Source of the DNA: Alphaproteobacteria bacterium | GTDB taxonomy: Bacteria; Pseudomonadota; Alphaproteobacteria; Caedimonadales; UBA1908 | NCBI GenBank assembly: GCA_013911655.1 | Contig: JACESU010000002.1 | Span: 64,901-128,900 of the forward strand | Direction of reading: 5' to 3' | Length of the DNA stretch: 64,000 bases | Part shown: piece after piece, positions 17,148-27,056 of the stretch | Layout of the letters: each line of letters begins with the position of its first letter | Numbering within the stretch: position 1 is the first letter of the stretch | Notes under the pieces: generated by a model | Databases searched by the model: none | What the model saw: only the letters and a program-made list of their open reading frames with translations | What the model was told of the DNA's origin: nothing | Program-made: the position numbers and the translations under genes

Positions 17148-19448
17148 CTACTTTACTTTGGGAGAGGGCCTGTTTTTCTTTTGTGAGGTACGAGAAAGAT
17201 CAGAGCTGTCGCCGCCCTTCTTTACCTTTTTAACGTGTTTTGCCCTTTTTAAAGGCGCTGTCCTATCGGGGGCGGCGCTTTTTTCCTGACTGTTGACGGG
17301 GCGACTTCGTCTAAAGTCAGACATCTTGGTGCTGGCCAACATGAAAGAAAGAGCCCCCTTAAGGGGCACAGCCTCATGTAAGCGCACTTTAAGTTGATCA
17401 CCAAGGGCAAAGACCCGTTTGGTGCGCCTTCCCACGACGCGGTGGTTTTTTGCGTCCAGGCTGTAATAGTCCGACGGCAAATCACGCAAGGGAAGAATGC
17501 CGCTGATCCCGCCTTCTTTCAGGGAGATAAAAAGGGCAAAGTCCGTGACACCCGACACGTACCCTTCAAAGGTCTCACCAACCCTGTCAGCCATATAAAG
17601 GGCTTGATATCGTTCAAGGGTTTCTCGCTCTGCTTGGGCCGCGCGCCTTTCGGTAACGGACAAATGCTGGCCTGTTTCTTGAAAGTCTTCAAGGCTGTAA
17701 TCAAAGGGTTGACGATCGGGATGCTTGATGACCTCTAAAAGGGCGCGGTGCACCAAAAGGTCTGCGTAGCGCCGGATAGGTGAGGTAAAGTGTGCGTATC
17801 GGGCAAGGCCTAGCCCAAAGTGTCCGATGTTCTCGGGATTGTATTCAGCTTGGGCTTGGGTACGCAAGATCAGCTCGTTCACGGCGCGTTCCATGGGAGA
17901 CCCGGCAGCCCGTTCAATGAGGCGGTTGAAAATCTTTGGGGAAATGCCCTGGCCCTTGGAAAGCTCGAGAGGCGAATTTTTCAAGAAATCCCGCAGGGCC
18001 TCGAGTTTTTCTTCGGTTGGGCGGTCATGGATACGGTAAAGACACAGAAGTTTCGCATCATCCAAAGTAGACGCCGCCGCAACGTTGGCCAGCACCATGA
18101 ACTCCTCAATCAGACGGTGGCTATCAAAGCGGGGGCGTAGGCGCATTTCGGCAAGTTCACCCTCTTCATTAAAGACGGCTTTTTGCTCAGGCAGGTTAAG
18201 CTCTAGCGCTCCTCGTTTTTCGCGGGCTTGCTTCAAAACATGGTAAGCGGCATAAAGGGGCTTTAGGATATTTTGAACAAAGACAGGCGTGAAAAAACCT
18301 GGGTTTCCGTCCACGGCGTCTTGGACTTGTCGGTACGTGGTTCTGGCGGCCGAGCGCATGAGACCGCGCACAAAACGCCGTGCAATCAGTTTGCCGTCCT
18401 TGTTAATGGTCACGAAAACCGCAAGGCACGCCCTATCCTCGTTGGGGCGCAGTGAACATAAATCATTAGAAAGGGCTTCGGGCAGCATGGGAACGACTTT
18501 GTCAGGGAAATAGACAGAGTTGCCTCGTTCGTACGCAGTTTTATCAAGGGCGCTGCCCTTCGCAACATAGGCCGCGACATCAGCAATCGCCACCAAAAGA
18601 GACCACCCGCCAGGATTTTTAGGGTCCGTGTCAGGGCTTGCCCAGACGGCGTCATCAAAATCGCGCGCGTCTTCGTCGTCGATGGTAATGAGGGGAATAT
18701 GGCGCAAGTCCTCACGCCCTTTGATGCTAAGGGGTTTGGCTTTGTTGGCGTCAGCAAGCGCGCTTTGGGAAAAAGCATGGGGAATGGTGTACTGTTCGAT
18801 GGCAAGGTCCGACGGCGAAATGCGTCCGCGCTCGAGGGGGCCAAAGACTTTGGTAATGCGGGCAATGGCCCGGCGGTTTCCTTGCCGTTCGGTCACGGCC
18901 TCGACAAAGTCGCCGTCTTCGGCGGTAAGTCGGTCCTTAGGGGCCACCACATAGTCCATACGGTCTTTCTTTTGCAGCGAGATAAAAAGGCCGCCCTCAC
19001 CCACCCGTTCAAAAAGTCCAAGGGCTGTACGCGAATCCCCTTGGGGAAGGGCGCGCAGAAGCGCCGCACGCTCGTCCCGCATGGGTTTAATGAGCGCTTT
19101 ATCACCAACTTTCAGCGCGTTTTTGCGCTCAGTCAGCCAAAACTCTTGCCCCTCTTTATGGGGGTGGTCAGGCTTTACCCATACACCGTCTTCGTCCACA
19201 CGCACGACGCTGGCCAAAAGTGCGTCAGTGGCGGGGGCACGCTCCGGCACGTAATACATCTTGCCTTTGCGCACGATTTTTCCCTCGGCTTCAAGGTCCT
19301 TGAGGGTGTCGCGCACAAGGGTGCGTCCCCGATTTTTCAGATGAAACATCTGAGCAATTTCACGCATGGACACAGGGGCAGGGTGGCTTTCAATAAAGGA
19401 CAGCAGATCTTGGGGACTGGGGATGCTCACGAAACAAAACTTTGTCAA
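17148..19448 (-). CDS. rnr: ribonuclease R
   Basis: 766 aa. RNB catalytic motifs ITIDDEDARDFDDAV and HFGLGLARYAHFTSPIRRYADLLVHR, a C-terminal S1 domain and a Lys-rich tail. The annotated start is TTG, so the start is uncertain. Confidence 0.92.
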   Translation of the reverse strand: MTKFCFVSIPSPQDLLSFIESHPAPVSMREIAQMFHLKNRGRTLVRDTLKDLEAEGKIVRKGKMYYVPERAPATDALLASVVRVDEDGVWVKPDHPHKEGQEFWLTERKNALKVGDKALIKPMRDERAALLRALPQGDSRTALGLFERVGEGGLFISLQKKDRMDYVVAPKDRLTAEDGDFVEAVTERQGNRRAIARITKVFGPLERGRISPSDLAIEQYTIPHAFSQSALADANKAKPLSIKGREDLRHIPLITIDDEDARDFDDAVWASPDTDPKNPGGWSLLVAIADVAAYVAKGSALDKTAYERGNSVYFPDKVVPMLPEALSNDLCSLRPNEDRACLAVFVTINKDGKLIARRFVRGLMRSAARTTYRQVQDAVDGNPGFFTPVFVQNILKPLYAAYHVLKQAREKRGALELNLPEQKAVFNEEGELAEMRLRPRFDSHRLIEEFMVLANVAAASTLDDAKLLCLYRIHDRPTEEKLEALRDFLKNSPLELSKGQGISPKIFNRLIERAAGSPMERAVNELILRTQAQAEYNPENIGHFGLGLARYAHFTSPIRRYADLLVHRALLEVIKHPDRQPFDYSLEDFQETGQHLSVTERRAAQAERETLERYQALYMADRVGETFEGYVSGVTDFALFISLKEGGISGILPLRDLPSDYYSLDAKNHRVVGRRTKRVFALGDQLKVRLHEAVPLKGALSFMLASTKMSDFRRSRPVNSQEKSAAPDRTAPLKRAKHVKKVKKGGDSSDLSRTSQKKNRPSPKVK

Positions 19449-19561
19449 AAAGGGCTTATCTTAAAGGGTGTAGACTATCCCCTGCTTTTTGTCGACTTTT
19501 TTTTAAAACGCGTAAGAAGAGAGGTCTTTTATTTCACAAAAAGCCGCTCTTCTTTTTTACC

Positions 19562-22045
19562 TTAAGCGTCGGTGGTTTTCTTTTTTGTCTTTGTAGTTTT
19601 GGGGGCTGCCGCTTTTTTAGCGGGCGCCTTTTTCTCAGCGACTTTTTTAGGGGCTGCTTTTTTTGCGGACGCAACCTTTTCAGGGACGTCTCCTTGCTTT
19701 TCAGCTTTCAAACGCTTTTTTTCTGCCGAGATCACAAAAAGCTCAAGAGCGCGCTCGAGGCTGACGTCAAACACATCATCCTCTTTGGTAAGAGAGGCAA
19801 AGGTCGAGCCCCGCTTTACGTACGGACCAAAACGTCCAATGGCGGCCGAAATGATCTCGCCCGACGAGGGGTCAGGACCGATCGTACGGGGAAGGGCGCC
19901 CAAAGACAAAGCGCCCTCAAGGCTTGCTTGATCAGGGGTAACCCCTTTGGGCAGGGACATGCGCTTTGGTTTTGTTTTGCCTTCAGCTTCGCCCCACTGA
20001 TAGTAAAAACCATAAGGTCCCTTGCGTAGGGTGACTGTGAGGTTATCTTTGGGATCAGTACCCAGCACCTTTGTCTCAAAAGCGGCTTCTTGGGGTCCGT
20101 TTTCCCTATCCTCACCGTCTGCCGACCCGCCCATCAGCGGCGAGCTGTAAGAGCAAGTGGGATAGTTCGAGCATCCCACAAACCCACCGAATTTCCCCAG
20201 ACGCAAAGAAAGATGCCCGTCTTTGCATAAAGGACAGGATCTTGGGTCGGTACCGTCGGTGCGCTCGGGGAAGATGTAGGACGCTAGCACCTTTTCTAGC
20301 ATCTCAAGGACGTCCGTGATGCGCAGTTTTTTGGCTTCTTCAATGGCCGCGTCAAAGTCCTTCCAAAAGTCCTCAAGCACGCCCATCCAAGGCCGTGTGT
20401 GTTCGGCAATATCATCAAGCTTTTCTTCAAGATCTGCCGTGAAATCATATTCCACATAGGTCCTAAAGTATTCGGTCAAAAAGGCCGTCAACAGTCGTCC
20501 CAAGGATTCAGGGACAAGGTATTTTTTCTCGAGGCGCACATAATGGCGATCAAGCAAGGTTGACAGGATCGAAGCATAGGTCGAGGGTCTGCCAATCCCG
20601 AGCTCTTCAAGTTTTTTCACAAGACTTGCTTCGGAATACCTTGGAGGGGGTTGCGTAAAATGTTGGTTTGCCAGTACTTCAAGGACCTCAAGGGCGTCTT
20701 GAGGAGAAAGAGGAGGAAGTAACCGGTCGCCGTCCTCGCCGTCATCTTCATCATCGCGTCCTTCGGCGTAAAGGGTCAAAAAGCCGTCAAAAGCAAGGGT
20801 CGATCCCGTTGCGCGAAAGATAAACTTTTTGGTTTTAGAGGCAATATCCACACTGACCTGATCCAAAAGGGCGCTTTCCATTTGAGACGCGACAAAGCGC
20901 TTCCAGATGAGCTCGTAGAGAGCTAGCTGATCCTTGTCCAAATATGACGCAAGCGACTGGGGCGTGCGGCGCACGTCGGTGGGTCGGATGGCTTCGTGGG
21001 CTTCTTGGGCGTTCTTGGATTTGTTTTTATAGGCGCGGGGCACTTTAGGCAAATACCGCTCGTCATAATTTTTCTCGATGAACGCTCTGACCCCTTGGAG
21101 GGCTTCGCCGGCAATGTGCACGCTGTCCGTACGCATATAAGTGATCAGACCCACGGTTTCCCCGCCAAGGGCAATACCCTCATAAAGGCGCTGGGCAATC
21201 TGCATGGTTTTTTTCGCCCCAAAGCGCAGCTTACGCGAGGCTTCTTGCTGAAGGGTCGAGGTAATAAAGGGCGCGGCTGGGTGACGCTTGACTTGTTTTT
21301 TCTCAACGCTGTCGACCTCATAGGTTTCGCCGGCTGCCTCGTCTCTGACTTTATGGGCGTCTATGTCCTTAGTAATGTCAAATTTCTCAAGCTTTTTTCC
21401 GTCAAGCTGGATCAGACGTGCGGGGACTTTTTTGTTATCAGCGGTGCTAAAGGTGCCTGTGATGCTCCAATATTCCTGTGTCCTAAAGGCCTCGATCTCG
21501 GCTTCGCGGTCTGACACAAGGCGAAGGGCGACAGATTGGACGCGTCCGGCTGATTTGCTTCCTGGGAGACGTCGCCACAGAACAGGCGAAAGGGTAAAGC
21601 CTACAAGGTAGTCAAGGGCGCGCCTGGCTAAATACGCATCAATGAGGTTTTGATCAAGGTCACGGGGTTTTTGGATGGCTTCTTTAATGGCGCGCTGGGT
21701 GATTTCGTTAAACACAATGCGCTGAACGGTCATGCCCTTGAGGGCTTTTTGTTCTTCAAGTACTTCTTTAATATGCCAAGAAATCGCCTCTCCCTCGCGG
21801 TCAGGGTCAGTTGCGAGGTACAGGGCGTCTGCCCCTTTTAAGGCTTGGGCAATGTCTTTGATATGGCGCGTTGAATCCTTTGAGATTTCCCAAGTCATGG
21901 CAAAGTGCTCGCTTGGCAGCACAGAGCCTTCCTTTGAGGGCAAGTCGCGCACATGGCCAAAGCTTGCCAAAACTTTATACTCATCCCCTAGGTACTTATT
22001 AATGGTTTTGGCCTTAGAGGGCGATTCAACAACAACAACTTTCAT
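19562..22045 (-). CDS. topA: DNA topoisomerase I
   Basis: 827 aa. TOPRIM N-terminus VVVESPSKAKTI, active-site Tyr region ITYMRTDS, Zn ribbon CPLCKDGHL...CSNYPTC, and a Lys/Ala-rich tail (KKAAPKKVAEKKAPAKKAAAPK). Confidence 0.95.
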   Translation of the reverse strand: MKVVVVESPSKAKTINKYLGDEYKVLASFGHVRDLPSKEGSVLPSEHFAMTWEISKDSTRHIKDIAQALKGADALYLATDPDREGEAISWHIKEVLEEQKALKGMTVQRIVFNEITQRAIKEAIQKPRDLDQNLIDAYLARRALDYLVGFTLSPVLWRRLPGSKSAGRVQSVALRLVSDREAEIEAFRTQEYWSITGTFSTADNKKVPARLIQLDGKKLEKFDITKDIDAHKVRDEAAGETYEVDSVEKKQVKRHPAAPFITSTLQQEASRKLRFGAKKTMQIAQRLYEGIALGGETVGLITYMRTDSVHIAGEALQGVRAFIEKNYDERYLPKVPRAYKNKSKNAQEAHEAIRPTDVRRTPQSLASYLDKDQLALYELIWKRFVASQMESALLDQVSVDIASKTKKFIFRATGSTLAFDGFLTLYAEGRDDEDDGEDGDRLLPPLSPQDALEVLEVLANQHFTQPPPRYSEASLVKKLEELGIGRPSTYASILSTLLDRHYVRLEKKYLVPESLGRLLTAFLTEYFRTYVEYDFTADLEEKLDDIAEHTRPWMGVLEDFWKDFDAAIEEAKKLRITDVLEMLEKVLASYIFPERTDGTDPRSCPLCKDGHLSLRLGKFGGFVGCSNYPTCSYSSPLMGGSADGEDRENGPQEAAFETKVLGTDPKDNLTVTLRKGPYGFYYQWGEAEGKTKPKRMSLPKGVTPDQASLEGALSLGALPRTIGPDPSSGEIISAAIGRFGPYVKRGSTFASLTKEDDVFDVSLERALELFVISAEKKRLKAEKQGDVPEKVASAKKAAPKKVAEKKAPAKKAAAPKTTKTKKKTTDA

Positions 22046-22083
22046 GGACGGGTCCTACCGTTTCTTCTTTTTCTCATAGGTCG

Positions 22084-23250
22084 TTAAGGGGCATCCTCTA
22101 GGCGTAAACACACCTGGTTTCCTGGCGCTCGTACCACACGACCTGCTAATTCCAGTTCAAGCAAAAGCAAGCTAAAGCTCGAACTTGAGATGTGACACTC
22201 TCTTCTTAATTCGTCAATACAAATCGGTGTAGCACTTAAAAATGAGAGAATTTTCTCTTGCATGTGTGCTGCTTCTTCGGGGGAAAGTGAGGTGTTTTCC
22301 TCAACGTTTTGAGGGGCGTCAAGGGGATTGGAAAGGGGGGACGCGAAGAGAATCGAGCCAAGGACGTCGATGACGTCGCCCACGCGCTGTAACAAATGGG
22401 CACCACGCTGGATCAGTTGGTTAGTGCCGCCTGCCCGCGGATCTAAGGGAAACCCTGGGACCGCAAAAACTTCGCGTCCTTGATCAAGGGCAAATTTCGC
22501 GGTGATGAGTGATCCAGATCGCAGGGCTGCCTCTACCACAATGACGCCGGTTGAAAGACCAGAAATAAGGCGGTTTCGCCGAGGAAAAAGCCCTCCTTGA
22601 GGCTCGGTTCCCAAGGGAGATTCCGTTAGGATGAGGCCTTTTTGTGTGATCGCTGCATGAAGGGCTTGGTTTTCAGGGGGATAGATTTTATCGATCCCTC
22701 CTGCCACACAGGCAATGGTAGCCTGATCCAAAGCGCCCTCATGGGCGGCTGTATCAATGCCGCGCGCAAGACCTGACACGACGGTATATCCCTCAGCACT
22801 TAGTTCTGCTGCAAGAATCTTGGCGAATTTCTTTGCATTAAGAGAAGCGTTTCTGGCGCCCACGACGCCAACGCACGGCCGCTTGGCCAGGGCGATATTA
22901 CCCTTGTACGTCAACACAGGAGGGGGATCATGGATCGTACGAAGAAGACGAGGATAAAGGGGGTCATCATGAAAAAGAAAACGCGCGCCGTGGGCTAATG
23001 TAGCGTGATATTCCTGAGCCACACTTTCTTCACTGGCAAGGCAAAGAGGGCGTTTTAGCCCCCCCTTTTGGGCATGATGGGAAACCGTGATGAGGGCTTT
23101 GGACGCGCTCCCATAACGCCTTAAAAGATCAAAAAAGGCAACAGGCCCTACGTTTTCTGTACGAATAAGGCGAAGGGTCGCCATACGCTCGAGGGTGAGC
23201 GACCCTATTTCTGTCTCGTCACGGCGACTTTCTCGAACAAGATAGGTCAA
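22084..23250 (-). CDS. dprA: DNA-processing protein DprA
   Basis: Rossmann-like DprA core motifs VGARNAS and SGLARGIDTAAH, with a C-terminal winged-helix-like region. The TTG start at 23250 has AAGGAGG 6 nt upstream and overlaps the plsY 3' end by 32 nt. An alternative start is ATG at 23184. Confidence 0.9.
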   Translation of the reverse strand: MTYLVRESRRDETEIGSLTLERMATLRLIRTENVGPVAFFDLLRRYGSASKALITVSHHAQKGGLKRPLCLASEESVAQEYHATLAHGARFLFHDDPLYPRLLRTIHDPPPVLTYKGNIALAKRPCVGVVGARNASLNAKKFAKILAAELSAEGYTVVSGLARGIDTAAHEGALDQATIACVAGGIDKIYPPENQALHAAITQKGLILTESPLGTEPQGGLFPRRNRLISGLSTGVIVVEAALRSGSLITAKFALDQGREVFAVPGFPLDPRAGGTNQLIQRGAHLLQRVGDVIDVLGSILFASPLSNPLDAPQNVEENTSLSPEEAAHMQEKILSFLSATPICIDELRRECHISSSSFSLLLLELELAGRVVRAPGNQVCLRLEDAP

Positions 23251-23935
23251 TTTTTGCCTCCTTGCCTTGGGTTAGGCGCTTTAGATTATCCCTGTGTTTT
23301 ATGAGCACCAAAAAGGCGATCAAAGAAAACCATATCACAAGGCTAACGGGTGTGCCCAGCAGATAGCATGACACAGGCACGCTCAGAATAGCGACAAAGG
23401 CTGCCAAAGACGAAATTTTGGTTATCCCAAACACAAAAACCCAAGTCCCCAGGGTGATAAGACCCACAGGCCATGAGAGCATAAAAAGAGACCCCGCGCA
23501 GCTCGCAATGCCTTTACCACCTTTAAAGGAAAGCCAAATGGGAAAAAGGTGACCCAGGATCGCAAAGGTCGCGGCCACCAGCATAACGGGGTATGGATCA
23601 AAGGGGGGGGGCGTCACATGTTTTGCAAGGTAAATGGCAAGGGCAGCCTTTAAGGCATCAAGAAGAAGCGTGAAAAACGCAAGCGCCTTGCGTCCTGTGC
23701 GAAGAACGTTGGTCGCGCCAATATTACCAGAGCCAACAGTGCGTAGATCCTCGCCCCCAAAAAATTTCGTCAAAAGAAGGCCGTAAGGGACAGATCCCAA
23801 AAGATAGGCGCACGCCGCTACCGCCGATAAAAATCCAAAGCCGTAAGGGGCAAAGTAAGGCGTGTGGCACGTGGCCCACAATAAAAGGGCAGCGCCAACA
23901 AAAAAAAGTGATCCTTTAAAAAGTAAAGACCTCAT
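23219..23935 (-). CDS. plsY: glycerol-3-phosphate acyltransferase PlsY
   Basis: Polytopic membrane protein with the PlsY motif GSGNIGATNVLR. ATG 23935 (MRSLLF...) abuts the rlmB stop; the longer ORF-track start would overlap rlmB. Confidence 0.92.
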   Translation of the reverse strand: MRSLLFKGSLFFVGAALLLWATCHTPYFAPYGFGFLSAVAACAYLLGSVPYGLLLTKFFGGEDLRTVGSGNIGATNVLRTGRKALAFFTLLLDALKAALAIYLAKHVTPPPFDPYPVMLVAATFAILGHLFPIWLSFKGGKGIASCAGSLFMLSWPVGLITLGTWVFVFGITKISSLAAFVAILSVPVSCYLLGTPVSLVIWFSLIAFLVLIKHRDNLKRLTQGKEAKIDLSCSRKSP

Positions 23936-23937
23936 GG

Positions 23938-24666
23938 TTATGCGCTTTCTTGAGGCAGAGCAGCACGGCACGCATAAAGAGCAACAGCCGCGGCATTGGA
24001 CACGTTCAACGTTGAAAAAGTTTCTGAGGTCGGCAAACGCAGATGCAGATCACAGGTTTTCTTTACAAGGGGTCTCAGGCCCTTACCTTCGGCGCCTAGG
24101 ACAAGTACCAAGGGAAAGGGTGGGGCCTTTTGCCCAAGGGGGTCACCGCGTTCGTCAAGGCCTGCAATCCAGTAGCCCTGCTCTTTTAGATAATCAAGAG
24201 CTCTTGATAAATTCACAACGGTGATCAACTGAACATGCTCAAGGGCGCCAGACGCGGTCTTGGCAAGAAGGGGGAGCTGTTCAGGGCTGTGACGGTCTTG
24301 CATGATGATGCCAGTGACGCCAAAGGCCGCGGCCGAGCGCACGATGGCCCCTACATTATGGGGGTCTGTCACCTGATCCAAAGCAAGAAGGAGTTGGGGT
24401 TTTTCTCTCTCGCAAAAGGTTTCAAGGCCAACGTCCGGCAAGGCGAGCGCTTCAACGCAGATGCCTTGGTGAACGGCTTGGGGACCAAACAAATCTATGA
24501 ACACCCGTTTGTCCACTTGCTGGCACACAAGATTTGGGCGCCCGGCTTTGATTTTTTGTGTATTCTCAGGTGTCAGGGTCAGTGCGCGCACAAGACGCCG
24601 TTGGGGATTGGAAAGCGCATGCATGACCGCATGGTCGCCGTAAATCCAAAGGGTTTTTTGACTCAA
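23938..24666 (-). CDS. rlmB: SpoU/TrmH-family rRNA 2'-O-methyltransferase (RlmB-like)
   Basis: 242 aa. SPOUT motifs LVLGAEGKGLR and LNVSNAAAVALY, with an N-terminal substrate-binding-like domain. Confidence 0.8.
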   Translation of the reverse strand: MSQKTLWIYGDHAVMHALSNPQRRLVRALTLTPENTQKIKAGRPNLVCQQVDKRVFIDLFGPQAVHQGICVEALALPDVGLETFCEREKPQLLLALDQVTDPHNVGAIVRSAAAFGVTGIIMQDRHSPEQLPLLAKTASGALEHVQLITVVNLSRALDYLKEQGYWIAGLDERGDPLGQKAPPFPLVLVLGAEGKGLRPLVKKTCDLHLRLPTSETFSTLNVSNAAAVALYACRAALPQESA

Positions 24667-24890
24667 AGAAAAACCTCGTGGTGTGTATCATTCCTCCCAT
24701 ATCTATCATAAAATCGCGCCACTCCCAATGAGGGTTGTCAAACAAGAAACAAGAGCGGTACACCTGATGCCAACGCGTCATCTATAAAAAATACTATTTA
24801 AAATAGGTAGAACATAGAAATATCTTGTTGTTTATATTGATTTATCAAAATATTATTTGAAGAAAAAAATTCTGTTTCAAGGAGGGGTAA

Positions 24891-25712
24891 ATGCTAAAAA
24901 TGGTGCGAGGGGCTTTTTGTGCGATTTTTTTAGTAGCTCAAGTAGGGGCTAGTGCTGGAGATGAAAGGTCGGAAAGGCCATCATTTACCTCTCAATCGCC
25001 TGTTTTTGAAAGTGAAAAGGGTTCTGTCAATCGTGTGGTAAACACTTCTATGCTTCAAAGCTACCTAAAGGCGCAAATCGAGTTTTTTGAGCAGGATATC
25101 TTACAGCCTCACTTTGTGAGCACAAGAGCCCTGTACGGTTTGTTGCAAGCTGTTTTGATAAAGGATGAGGAGGAAAGGCGTGCCTCTATTGAGATCTTAC
25201 GAAAAAAGACAAGACAACTGAGTGAAGAAAAATTGGCACTAGTTAATCGTTTTTTGCAGACGGTTGATCATGTGGAGACAACAAATTTTGAGTTTACTCA
25301 AAACGCACAAGGGGCAGAGTTGGCTGAGCCCCCTCTTGATCTTTTAAGTGCGCAGGCAGACCCACAGATGCAATTTTGGGAAGGTCCACAAGCGCAATCC
25401 TGGGAAGACTTGGATGTGCAAGCTTGGGTAGACCTGCAGGTGCAACTTTGTAAAATTCTTACTAGTCTTTCAGACTCAGTTCTTGCGTTTACGTCAAAGT
25501 ATAGAGATTCTCTTTCTTGTGTAACCTTTTTCAAGGGGAGGGATCCTTTGACTTTTTTACGACAACAGGCGGCCCTTGCCTTTCATGAAAAGGCACCAGC
25601 AGCCGTTTTAAGAGGTATTATCTGTGATCCTCAGTCGCGAGATCATCTTGCCATGGATGTAGAATGGAAATCAGTGCTTCCTGTCCTTTTTTCCCCTTTA
25701 AAAGAGAAATAA
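24891..25712 (+). CDS. secreted hypothetical protein, tandem paralogue family member 1
   Basis: AGGAGG SD and signal peptide MLKMVRGAFCAIFLVAQVGASA. It shares two blocks with the 26147 and 27071 genes: LQSYLKAQIEFFEQDILQPHFVSTRALYGLL and FLRQQAALAFHEK...DVEWKSVLPVLFSPL. Confidence 0.8.
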   Translation: MLKMVRGAFCAIFLVAQVGASAGDERSERPSFTSQSPVFESEKGSVNRVVNTSMLQSYLKAQIEFFEQDILQPHFVSTRALYGLLQAVLIKDEEERRASIEILRKKTRQLSEEKLALVNRFLQTVDHVETTNFEFTQNAQGAELAEPPLDLLSAQADPQMQFWEGPQAQSWEDLDVQAWVDLQVQLCKILTSLSDSVLAFTSKYRDSLSCVTFFKGRDPLTFLRQQAALAFHEKAPAAVLRGIICDPQSRDHLAMDVEWKSVLPVLFSPLKEK

Positions 25713-25792
25713 ATATTTCTTAGATGTAAGGGCAGCCGTAAAATTCTTTGAAGACGTTCACATATAAAAGACGCTCATGAGGAGAATCAGTA

Positions 25793-26014
25793 GTGAAAAA
25801 TATCTTACACTGGATATTTTGTATCAGTTTTTTTGCAACGCCGGTTTTTGGATCGACCCAGGATGAAGACAACAAGCAAGAGTGCAAGCAAGGAACCAGC
25901 ATCTACATGCCTGGGGATGAAGAGGATTATGAGGCTCATTGGCGAGTCTTGGAGGCAATGTTTGAGGACTTGATTGCGTCTAGTCAAAGGAACCGCACCC
26001 ATGCTTTGGAGTAG
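25793..26014 (+). CDS. short secreted protein; truncated member or remnant of the same paralogue family
   Basis: GTG start with an AGGAG SD. The signal peptide plus acidic stretch MKNILHWIFCISFFATPVFGSTQDEDNKQ parallels ...TGPVFGTADEDGG and ...AGPVFGSAEDEEERG of the neighbours. Both conserved family blocks are missing. It could be a pseudogene. Confidence 0.45.
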   Translation: MKNILHWIFCISFFATPVFGSTQDEDNKQECKQGTSIYMPGDEEDYEAHWRVLEAMFEDLIASSQRNRTHALE

Positions 26015-26132
26015 ACCCGCCGTACAACCCGCCTTGGTAAAAAAAAGATACAGCCCAAGAGGCTGTTAAAATCTTGCCGCTATCTTGTTCTTAAAGAAAG
26101 AAAATCGTACTGATTGAAAACGTCTACTTTTC

Positions 26133-26214
26133 ACAGGGAGTGATCAATGAAAAAATTATATGGGTGGGTCTTGTGTCTGGGGCTTCTCACGGGGCCGGTT
26201 TTTGGCACGGCTGA
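26133..26214 (+). repeat. conserved 5' UTR/SD plus signal-peptide-coding repeat, copy 1
   Basis: ACAGGGAGTGATCAATGAAAAAATTATATGGGTGGG... recurs at 27057. The first 55 nt differ at one position, and about 82 nt are alignable with roughly 10% mismatches before the similarity collapses. Confidence 0.85.
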
Positions 26215-26887
26215 TGAGGACGGGGGGAATAGCCGGACAGTACACACAAGCGTCGATATACGGCTAGATGAAGAGGTTGATCATACCATCCTGGTTCCAA
26301 ACAATTATGCCTTTCAAAAATATTTAAGGGCGCAACTTGATTTTTTTAGTCAAGAAACCCTGCAACCGGCTTTTATGACGACAAAGGCGCTTTATGGTTT
26401 TTTCTTTGCGACCTTGAGCGGTGGTCAAGAGGCGGTCGATCTTTCTGTTAGAATGTTGCTTCAAGATGTTGATGCTTTCACCCCTGAAACCAGAGAGGTA
26501 TTAAATAGTTTTTTACGAAGTGTTGATCAAGAGCCTTCTGACAGGAGAGAAATCACTCCAAAAATTACGATCCTTGATACTTTGATCAGGCAAGCAGAGC
26601 CACAGGTGCAGTCATGTAGGGGTATGACATTCAGGCCAGCTTCCGCATTGGCGCTTCTTTCCAGGAATCGAGATTTCCTACACATAATGGCTTTTCTCAA
26701 GGACAAAAGCTCGTTTATTGGTTTGCGCCAACAAGTGGTGCTTGCCTTTCACGAGAAAGTCCCAGAACCTATTTTCAAAAACGCTATGTGCGGGCCAGAG
26801 CTTCGCCAGGAGCTTGATATAGATGTGAGGTGGGACACTATTTTCCCGCTTCTTTGTGAGGCATTGCAAAAAGAGATTGCTGATTAG
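26147..26887 (+). CDS. secreted hypothetical protein, tandem paralogue family member 2
   Basis: Signal peptide MKKLYGWVLCLGLLTGPVFG. Family blocks FQKYLRAQLDFFSQETLQPAFMTTKALYGFF and GLRQQVVLAFHEK...DVRWDTIFPLLCEAL. Confidence 0.85.
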   Translation: MKKLYGWVLCLGLLTGPVFGTADEDGGNSRTVHTSVDIRLDEEVDHTILVPNNYAFQKYLRAQLDFFSQETLQPAFMTTKALYGFFFATLSGGQEAVDLSVRMLLQDVDAFTPETREVLNSFLRSVDQEPSDRREITPKITILDTLIRQAEPQVQSCRGMTFRPASALALLSRNRDFLHIMAFLKDKSSFIGLRQQVVLAFHEKVPEPIFKNAMCGPELRQELDIDVRWDTIFPLLCEALQKEIAD

Positions 26888-26895
26888 GAAAGACA

Positions 26896-26925
26896 AAAGG
26901 AGGGGGGTACGTCCCCTCCTTTATA
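26896..26925 (+). terminator. hairpin terminator candidate
   Basis: AAAGGAGGGG-gguacgu-CCCCUCCUUU, a 10-bp stem at 26896-26922, begins 9 nt after the stop at 26887. Confidence 0.55.
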
Positions 26926-27056
26926 AAAGGAGTTTTTCTGACTATCTCAAAAAACTATGAAAGAAAAAATCTTTGGATGAAAGTGAAAGGAGGACGCGTT
27001 ATTCACTCTTGTCTTGAAGGTAAAAATTTTCTACTTATTATGGGTGACTAATCATA

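Noticed and set aside
19449-19561. AAGAAGAG...CTCTTCTT inverted repeat downstream of topA
   Set aside because: The arms are separated by a ~30-nt unstructured loop, so this is not a convincing terminator.
18699-19565. 288-aa ORF on the + strand
   Set aside because: It lies entirely antisense to the strongly supported rnr gene, has no motifs or SD, and has a low-complexity composition typical of a shadow ORF.
19442-20029. 195-aa and 119-aa + strand ORFs rich in Phe/Cys/Gly
   Set aside because: They are the antisense reading of the Lys/Ala-rich topA tail and the rnr-topA spacer, a low-complexity artefact.
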